Shown one piece after another: positions 57,676 to 64,000 of a DNA stretch of 64,000 nt. Position 1 is the first letter of the stretch. Every line of letters begins with the position of its first letter. Source of the stretch: Cenarchaeum sp. Its GTDB lineage: Archaea > Thermoproteota > Nitrososphaeria > Nitrososphaerales > Nitrosopumilaceae. The stretch covers positions 1,504,001-1,568,000 of the forward strand of contig CBDESU010000002.1 in assembly GCA_965242695.1 (NCBI GenBank), given 5' to 3'. The position numbers were made by a program, and so were the translations under genes. The notes under the pieces are model-generated. The model was not told the DNA's origin, did no database searches, and saw only the letters and a program-made list of their open reading frames with translations.

Positions 57676-57804
57676 ATGGTCAACAGGCACCCACAGGACG
57701 ACGACTACGGGGAGTACCTGCCGGGTGAGGACAAGATAGCATGCACCTACGACTCGGCAGAAGAGGCGGAAGAGGCAGTCCTTCGTGAAGTCTTCGGAGA
57801 GTGA
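57676..57804 (+). CDS. putative small acidic antitoxin (42 aa)
   Basis: MVNRHPQDDDYGEYLPGEDKIACTYDSAEEAEEAVLREVFGE; TTTAATA box at 57646. Confidence 0.45.
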   Translation: MVNRHPQDDDYGEYLPGEDKIACTYDSAEEAEEAVLREVFGE

Positions 57805-57811
57805 CGCTCGA

Positions 57812-58054
57812 TTGGCAAAGACGTCACTCTCCGAGATTTTTAAACAACAGATCAAGGAGTTCGATCCAGTAACAACCGTGAGGATTCTTAGGACCTTCAA
57901 GCGGATTGAACGCTTGGTGGACGACTTGGTTCGGTACAGCTTGGATGTGGGAAAAATGACGATGAAAGTAAAGGTGGGAGGCGGTCTGTCAGTAGTAGTC
58001 CAAGTACTGCCACACGAAGACAAGATTGTGGTCAAAAAAATACTCCGGCGGTAG
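57812..58054 (+). CDS. RelE/ParE-like basic protein
   Basis: SLSEIFKQQIKEFD..RILRTFKRIE...KVKVGG..VVVQV..DKIVVKKILRR fits the RelE secondary-structure pattern; low GC; alternative start at 57785. Confidence 0.55.
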   Translation: MAKTSLSEIFKQQIKEFDPVTTVRILRTFKRIERLVDDLVRYSLDVGKMTMKVKVGGGLSVVVQVLPHEDKIVVKKILRR

Positions 58055-58488
58055 ATCCTGTCGTCCGTAGCGCTGGCGGGCGGAGCGCGGACCGCGGCGG
58101 GCACACCGCGCTAACCGTCCCATCCGGCGCGCTGGCGGGGGCCGTCGCATGAAGGCCGCATGAGGCCGCGTGCCGCCCCGCATCGCCGCCGGGTGTGCGG
58201 GGGGAGGTCCAGCCGTCTGCGAGCGATCCGCTGCGGCACGGGATCGAGCGCGCACATTCCGGCCTCTGGGGCGCACATGCCGCCCAGGGCGCCGCGCCCC
58301 GATGCAGTGCGGCAGGATACGACGGCCTAGGCGCCCGATGTCCTGCGGGAGCTTGGGTGCTAGGCGGGGCTCACGCGGCGGCAGGATACGGCGGCCCAGG
58401 CGCCCGGGTGCCGGGGACTTGAACGTGCACCCTGCAGGATCCTGGCCGCCCGCATTGGTTTAAAAGGAACGCGCCGGCGGCGGCGCGC

Positions 58489-58647
58489 ATGGCAGCCCGA
58501 AAGCCGTCCGGCAGGAAGATACGCCTTCACAAGAAGACGCTGCAGACCACGCCGGTTCCGACATGGATACTGCTCAGGACCAAGAGGCGGGTGCGCACGA
58601 ACCCCAAGCGCAGGGCCTGGCGGCAGACCGACGTAGAGGTGGGCTAG
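58489..58647 (+). CDS. rpl39e: 50S ribosomal protein L39e
   Basis: MAARKPSGRKIRL...PVPTWILLRTKRRVRTNPKRRAWR; TTTAAAA box at 58459. Confidence 0.93.
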   Translation: MAARKPSGRKIRLHKKTLQTTPVPTWILLRTKRRVRTNPKRRAWRQTDVEVG

Positions 58648-58648
58648 C

Positions 58649-59368
58649 GTGTCGCAGGACCTGGATCGCGTATACACCATACCCCTCGGCAAGGTGCTGC
58701 TCTCGCCGGACAACCAGCGTGCAAAGAGGGCCATCAACATGATCAAGGAGTTTGCGCGCAAGCACATGAAGATCAACGACGTCCGCATCGACGAAGAGGT
58801 CTCCAAGCTTGTATGGGCGCGCGGGATGCGCCGGCCGCCGCGCAAGATCCGCGTGCGCATGGAGCGGACAGAGGAAAAGCACATACTGATCACCAGGTAC
58901 GACGAGCGCGACGACCTTGCCGGCGCCGGAACGGCCGCGCCGACAGGCGAGGCCGCGGGCGCCGAGACGGCGGCAGCGGCGCCGGCAGGCGCGGCCGTTG
59001 CGGCGGCAGGCGCGCCGGCGCTTGCCGAGGCCGGCGTTGCAGACGCCGGCGCCGACAGGCCGGGCGCCGAGGCGGCCGTGACCAAGGACGGCGACGATCT
59101 CGCGGACAAGGCAGACGCCGGCACGGACATGGACAAAGATGCCGGCGCTGATGCCGACGGCATGGACGCCGAGCCGGTCAAAGATGCCGAGGCCGATGCG
59201 GCCCCGGCCGACGCTGGCAAGACCGGCGAGGACGAGGGGCCGGCGCAGGCCGAGGCCAAGGCGGACGGCGCTGGCGACGTTGGCGGCGGCGATGCGGCCG
59301 CCCCGAAGGATTCTGCCGAGGCGCCCGCTGGCGGCGACAACGACGGCGGCGCAAAGCCCGGCAGCTAG
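58649..59368 (+). CDS. rpl31e: 50S ribosomal protein L31e with long acidic C-terminal extension
   Basis: RVYTIPL, RAKRAINMIKEFARKHMK, WARGMRRPPRKIRV. Confidence 0.94.
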   Translation: MSQDLDRVYTIPLGKVLLSPDNQRAKRAINMIKEFARKHMKINDVRIDEEVSKLVWARGMRRPPRKIRVRMERTEEKHILITRYDERDDLAGAGTAAPTGEAAGAETAAAAPAGAAVAAAGAPALAEAGVADAGADRPGAEAAVTKDGDDLADKADAGTDMDKDAGADADGMDAEPVKDAEADAAPADAGKTGEDEGPAQAEAKADGAGDVGGGDAAAPKDSAEAPAGGDNDGGAKPGS

Positions 59369-59461
59369 CCGGACTCCATCCGGGGCTGGGCTGGCCGGCA
59401 CATGGTGCGACCGTTCGGCCGAGGAAATCTAATCTGGCCTGCACTATACGCGAAAGGCTGG

Positions 59462-60454
59462 TCAGCGCTCGATCTGCGGCATGTCCAGCCCGTTGTCGAT
59501 GCTACACTCTGGCTCGTCCCAGTCCAGCATGCTTTCGGCCGGTATCGCGCCGAGCGGGTCGTACGCGTCGAACTTTGCAGTGCTTTGAAGGGCCGATACC
59601 ATGACGACGCCGCCCGCGCCGCCCCCGGCCCCCGCCGCGTGCGAATAGTCTACCGTCGTCCCGCTGCCGCCGAGCGCGCCGCGCATGAGGCGCGAGACCG
59701 TGTCGATCACGCCCACGGGAACCTCGTCCCCGCCGAACACGTGCAGGACAGAGCTGGACACGTCCCCGGGCCCAGCCCCTGCGTACAGCATGCTCAGCGA
59801 CCGCCTTGCCGACTCTTCCAGCGCATCTGCCTGGCCGCCAGCGGTCACCATGCAGACGCCGCCGGGCGGCGGCGCGGCGCCTCGCAGCGAGGCGGCCACG
59901 CACACGATGGCGGGGTTCGTAATCCTGCGCGTTCCGGCGGGGCTGAGCGACGGGTTTGACGAGAGGACTGCGTCGTTGTCGACGACTACGGTGCAGGCGC
60001 AGTCGGCCCTGAGCCTCCTGAGGGCCGTGCCGGACGCAAAGATGCGGTCCGACTCGAACCCGAACGGCATGATGGCGATCGAGAACGCCTTGATGCCGGC
60101 CCTGCGGCACATGCGCGAGACGACCGGCGCGATGGCGGCCCCGCTCCTGCCGGCCAGGCTGCCGAGTATGACGGCCGAGCCGCACCCGCGCAGGGCGTCC
60201 TCCAGCCGTGCCGACACGCCGGATGCCGTGGTGCAGCCCCTTATCATGGCCGACGACGGGTTGACCACCCCGCCGGTCGGCACCAGAATGTTGATGCCGG
60301 CCGCGCGCCCGGCGCCTCCTGCCTCCGCCAGGTCTGCCGGATCGTTGCTGATTCTAACGTAGTCGCACCCGATGGCGGCCGCAACCTGCGGGGCCAGGCG
60401 CGATCCCGCGCCTCCGGCGCCGACCACAAGGACGGGGCCTGCAAGCTCTGCCAT
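59462..60454 (-). CDS. ftsZ: divergent thaumarchaeal FtsZ-like protein
   Basis: VVGAGGAGSRL, AIMPFGFE, VVDND; the tubulin signature is degenerate (SLAGRSG). Confidence 0.8.
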   Translation of the reverse strand: MAELAGPVLVVGAGGAGSRLAPQVAAAIGCDYVRISNDPADLAEAGGAGRAAGINILVPTGGVVNPSSAMIRGCTTASGVSARLEDALRGCGSAVILGSLAGRSGAAIAPVVSRMCRRAGIKAFSIAIMPFGFESDRIFASGTALRRLRADCACTVVVDNDAVLSSNPSLSPAGTRRITNPAIVCVAASLRGAAPPPGGVCMVTAGGQADALEESARRSLSMLYAGAGPGDVSSSVLHVFGGDEVPVGVIDTVSRLMRGALGGSGTTVDYSHAAGAGGGAGGVVMVSALQSTAKFDAYDPLGAIPAESMLDWDEPECSIDNGLDMPQIER

Positions 60455-60984
60455 CGGCGGCCCTGTCCGGGCTCTCGTAAAATATCTTTGGGCCAAAAAG
60501 GTTCGATCGGGCGATCAAAAAGATCTAGCTTGGCGGGGCGCCGGGGGCCCCGTCAGGGGGCCGATCGCCGGCCGCCGGCCGCCCGATTGGGCGCCGGCTG
60601 GGGGGGGGGGGTGGGGGCAGAGGGGCGGGCCTCCGGCCGCGCCGCCTTGGCATCGGGATGCGCCGGCCGCGCCGCCGGGCGGACGTCCTCCTGCCATGTC
60701 CTGCATGACCCCGCTCCGCATTGGGATCTCCAGTGCGCCGCCATTCCCATGTGTCTCTCCCCCTGCGATCGCCTCTTCGGCCTCGCTCCAGCCCCCGCAT
60801 GCGATCGCCTCTTTTCGCGCCCGCGCGCCGGCCTCCTGCGATCGCGCGTCTTCGCCCCCGGGACTGCCGTCAGGGCTCGGCCGTCCGCGGGCGGGCAGCG
60901 CACGCGGCGCGCCCCGCTGCACTGCGGCGAAGACTGGCTGCCCGCGCGGCGGGCCCCCGGCCCCCCTGCGCGCGCGCCGGCCGC

Positions 60985-62262
60985 TCAGCACAGCTCGCCG
61001 GACAGCCCGTGGTCCGTATGTCCGGTCACCCTGGCCAGCACCGTCTGCCCAGGCTCGGCGCCCGTTCCGGCGCCAAAGTGCACCGGCCTGTACCTGTCGT
61101 CCCTGCCCTTGAGCCCCCCGTCCCCCGTCCGCTCGACGAGCAGCACCTCGCACTGCGAGCCGACAAGCCCCGCGTTGGCCTCCCTCGATATCGAGGCTGC
61201 CAGCTCGGACGCGGCCCTGCTCCTGCCCCGCACCGTATCGGCGTCGACCTGCTCCATGCCGGCCGCCTCGGTGCCCGGCCTTGCGCTGTACCTTGACACG
61301 TTGACGATCTCGGGCCTCGTGTCCCTGAGCAGATCCATCGTCGCCCCAAAGTCCTCGTCGGTCTCGCCGGGAAACCCGACTATGACGTCGGTCGCAACGG
61401 TGAACCTCCCGAACCGCCCCCTGAGGGCGGCGCATGCGCCGGCGAACGTGCCGGCCGTGTGGGCCCTCTTCATTGCGGCCAGCACGGCCCCGCTGCCGCT
61501 CTGCACGGGCAGGTGGGCGAACTTGTACACCTTTTCCGAGGCGTACGCATCGAGCAGGCCGCCGCGCATGCGCGGCATGTACATCGGGTTCATCATGCCG
61601 ACGCGCACCCTGAACCGGCCGGGCACGGCGGCCACGGCCACGACTAGCTCGGGCAGGTCGGCCCCGATGTCGAGCCCGTAGCACCCGTTGTCGGTCGACG
61701 TCAGCCACACCTCGCGGCAGCCGTCCTCTACGTCCTCCCTGACCTGCCTTACGATGTCGCCTATGCGGTGGCTCCTCAGCCCGCCCTTTGCGAGCTTTGT
61801 CTGGCAGAACGAGCACTCGCTCATGCAGCCGGCGGCGATCTCGACTATCGCGACGACGGGGTTGAGCCGGACGCGCGGCAGCGCCGCCCTAGGCCCGTCC
61901 GTGTCGCCGAGCGCGACGAGCCTCCCGCCGGACAGGGCCGCGTCGACGGCCTCGGCGGCCCTCTCTATCGTGCGCGGCCCGATGATGCCGGCGCGCGGCC
62001 CGGCAAACCTCTCTACGGTGCGCATCTCGGCCTTTGGGAGGCACCCGGCGACGACGAGCGGCTTTGACGACAGGCTCTTCATGCGGTGAACCATGCGGCT
62101 CGCGGTCGCATCCTTTACCGAGCACGTCACGATGACGCCGGCGTCGGCCTCGTCGTGCGACGCCGCTAGCGTGTGGCCTCCGGCCTCTATGATCCCCGAT
62201 ATGGCCTCCGAGTCGGCCTGGCTGGCCGAGCAGCCGTACGCCTCGACCCACACGCGCGCCAT
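60985..62262 (-). CDS. mtaB: tRNA t6A37 methylthiotransferase (archaeal MtaB/MiaB-like)
   Basis: VEAYGCSAS, CMSECSFC, HLPVQSGS, DVIVGFPGET, C-terminal TRAM domain. Confidence 0.9.
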   Translation of the reverse strand: MARVWVEAYGCSASQADSEAISGIIEAGGHTLAASHDEADAGVIVTCSVKDATASRMVHRMKSLSSKPLVVAGCLPKAEMRTVERFAGPRAGIIGPRTIERAAEAVDAALSGGRLVALGDTDGPRAALPRVRLNPVVAIVEIAAGCMSECSFCQTKLAKGGLRSHRIGDIVRQVREDVEDGCREVWLTSTDNGCYGLDIGADLPELVVAVAAVPGRFRVRVGMMNPMYMPRMRGGLLDAYASEKVYKFAHLPVQSGSGAVLAAMKRAHTAGTFAGACAALRGRFGRFTVATDVIVGFPGETDEDFGATMDLLRDTRPEIVNVSRYSARPGTEAAGMEQVDADTVRGRSRAASELAASISREANAGLVGSQCEVLLVERTGDGGLKGRDDRYRPVHFGAGTGAEPGQTVLARVTGHTDHGLSGELC

Positions 62263-62269
62263 GCGCAGC

Positions 62270-63673
62270 TCACCGGCGAAGGAGGGCGGCCGCCTCGGAC
62301 GCCGAGACGAGGCCCCTGGATACGGCAAGGTCGGCCGCCGGCGTGCCCGTCGAGAGCGACTCCTTGAACAGGGCCGCGGCCGCCTCGTACCCGATGCGCG
62401 GGGCGAGCAGCGTGACCATCACGGGGCTGTTCCGCGCCCTCTTGGCGAGCGCATCCCTGTCGGACTCTAGCCCGTCGACGAGATTTGATGCGAATATGGG
62501 CACAAAGCTCGACAGCATGTCCGTCGAGTCGAGGACCGCCCTGAGCATGCCCGGCAGCATCACGTTGAGCTCGAACTGGCCGGCCTGGGCTGCCATCGCG
62601 ACGGCCGCGTCGTTGCCTGCGACGGCAAAGCAGACCATGTTCATGCACTCGGCAAGCGACGGGTTGACCTTGCCGGGCATTATCGACGAGCCGGCGTGGA
62701 CCGCCGGCACCCTGACCTCGGCGAGGCCTGCGACCGGCCCCGAGGCCATCAGGCGCAGGTCGTTTGCAAGCTTTGCAATCTCGCCGGCCATGCCGCGGAG
62801 GGCCGCCGAGACGGACGCGACGGCCAGGCGGCTCTGCAGGGCGTGCTGCATGTCGGGCTCGGGCCTGAGCGGGAGGCCCGACGCCCTTGCCAGCTCCGCC
62901 ACGGCGGCCCTGCGGTAGCCCCTCGGCGCGTTGGCGCCGGTCCCGACCGCCGTCCCGCCGAGGGCCACGGCCCGAAGCGCCTTGGCCGCGGCCTGTACCT
63001 GCGCATGCGCCCTAGATATCGCGGTAGCGCATGCGCCGAGCTCGCCGCCGAGCGTGACCGGCAGGGCGTCCATCAAATGCGTGCGGCCGATCTTCGAGTG
63101 CCGCGAGAACTCGGCGGCCTTTTTGCGCAGCGATGCGACGAGGTCCCCGGCCGCCCCGTCCACGCCCCGCATGGCCAAGAGTATCGACACGTGCATTGCG
63201 GTCGGGTACGTGTCGTTGCTAGACTGCGACATGTTGACGTGGTCGTTGGGGTGCAGGTGCGAGTAGTCGCCCCTCTTGCGGCCCATCCTCTCGAGGGCCG
63301 CGTTGGCGACTACCTCGTTGGCGTTCATGTTGAACGCCGTGCCGGCCCCAGAGTTGATCATGTCGACGGCAAACTGCTCGCGAAGCTTGCCGGCGAGTAT
63401 GTCGTCGCACGCGTACACGATGGACCTGCCGCGCTTGGCGTCGATGGCGCCGACCTTCATGTTGGCGATGGCCGCCGAGCGCTTTATCATGACGAACGCG
63501 TCGACGAGCAGCGGGTGGGCGGGGCGGCCCGTGACGCGGTACTGCTCGAGCGCCCTTGCCGTGAACGGGCCGTAGTAGGCCGACGCCGGCACCCTAACCC
63601 TGCCGAGCGAGTCCTCGTCCGTCCTGTACGCCGCGCCCGGCGCCGCCTTCTTCCGGCTCCTGCTAGCCGCCAT
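62270..63673 (-). CDS. fumC: class II fumarate hydratase / aspartate ammonia-lyase
   Basis: HPNDHVNMSQSSNDTYPT, KIGRTHLMDA, GSSIMPGKVNP. Confidence 0.8.
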   Translation of the reverse strand: MAASRSRKKAAPGAAYRTDEDSLGRVRVPASAYYGPFTARALEQYRVTGRPAHPLLVDAFVMIKRSAAIANMKVGAIDAKRGRSIVYACDDILAGKLREQFAVDMINSGAGTAFNMNANEVVANAALERMGRKRGDYSHLHPNDHVNMSQSSNDTYPTAMHVSILLAMRGVDGAAGDLVASLRKKAAEFSRHSKIGRTHLMDALPVTLGGELGACATAISRAHAQVQAAAKALRAVALGGTAVGTGANAPRGYRRAAVAELARASGLPLRPEPDMQHALQSRLAVASVSAALRGMAGEIAKLANDLRLMASGPVAGLAEVRVPAVHAGSSIMPGKVNPSLAECMNMVCFAVAGNDAAVAMAAQAGQFELNVMLPGMLRAVLDSTDMLSSFVPIFASNLVDGLESDRDALAKRARNSPVMVTLLAPRIGYEAAAALFKESLSTGTPAADLAVSRGLVSASEAAALLRR

Positions 63674-63888
63674 GCGCCGCCCGCGGCCCGTGCGCGGCTT
63701 ATCACTCTTTGTCCGCGGGATCGGCCGTGCCGGCCCCTAGACGGGGCGGACTGGCGGCGGGCGGGCGCGGGGAACAGGGGCGGCGCGGGGCGCATCCGGG
63801 CGGCGGCGCCCCTCGGCCGCGGCGCCGCCGCGGAATGGCGGGCAATTACATGCAAGCCTTATATTCTGTTTTTTAAGCGCCCGCCCCA

Positions 63889-64000
63889 ATGCATAAACAG
63901 ACGCACTTGATCCTCACGATCGCCGCAGTGGCGGTCATGGGGGCAACGCTACTTGGAAGCACCTTCACGCAGGCGCCCGCGGCGGATTCGTCGTCGGGGG
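63889..64000 (+). CDS. nirK: 5' end of a secreted protein, probably thaumarchaeal NirK/multicopper oxidase (3'-partial)
   Basis: MHKQTHLILTIAAVAVMGATLLGSTFTQ resembles, from memory, the AOA NirK leader; AT-rich promoter at 63859-63876. Only 37 codons are visible. Confidence 0.5.
   Translation, partial: MHKQTHLILTIAAVAVMGATLLGSTFTQAPAADSSSG

Noticed and set aside
59462-60454. Novel tubulin-family protein
   Set aside because: Divergent FtsZ is already known in Thaumarchaeota.

Overview
64 kb of a GC-rich ammonia-oxidising archaeon (Nitrososphaerota/Thaumarchaeota, Nitrosopumilaceae-like). The taxonomy is inferred from the 3-hydroxypropionyl-CoA synthetase/dehydratase pair, the duplicated lysW/lysX cluster, split metH, a divergent FtsZ, a probable nirK 5' end and TATA boxes ~25 nt upstream of start codons. 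The backbone is housekeeping: rps11, rtcB, purB, queD, valS, pdxST, aconitase, 3HP/4HB-cycle enzymes, dnaG, ribK/ribL, dph5, the LysW-dependent Lys/Arg cluster, an ABC transporter, metH/metF, rpl39e/31e, ftsZ, mtaB and fumC/aspA, plus a tRNA-Trp with two introns. One- or two-gene islets, most visibly lower in GC, punctuate it: a YwgA/SocA-like pair, a frameshifted McrA-like HNH, a 1332-aa nuclease-STAND NTPase beside a decayed DUF262 gene, an AAA/DUF4143 ATPase behind a 34-bp TATA-containing tandem array, an AbiE pair between the two metH genes, and a RelE-like pair. Best candidates for something new: the LysW paralogue ending in Gln (EDWGQ), the tandem promoter array plus ATPase, the NLR-like STAND protein, and the RD/RGG repeat in DnaG. 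All calls are by eye from motifs; no searches were run.
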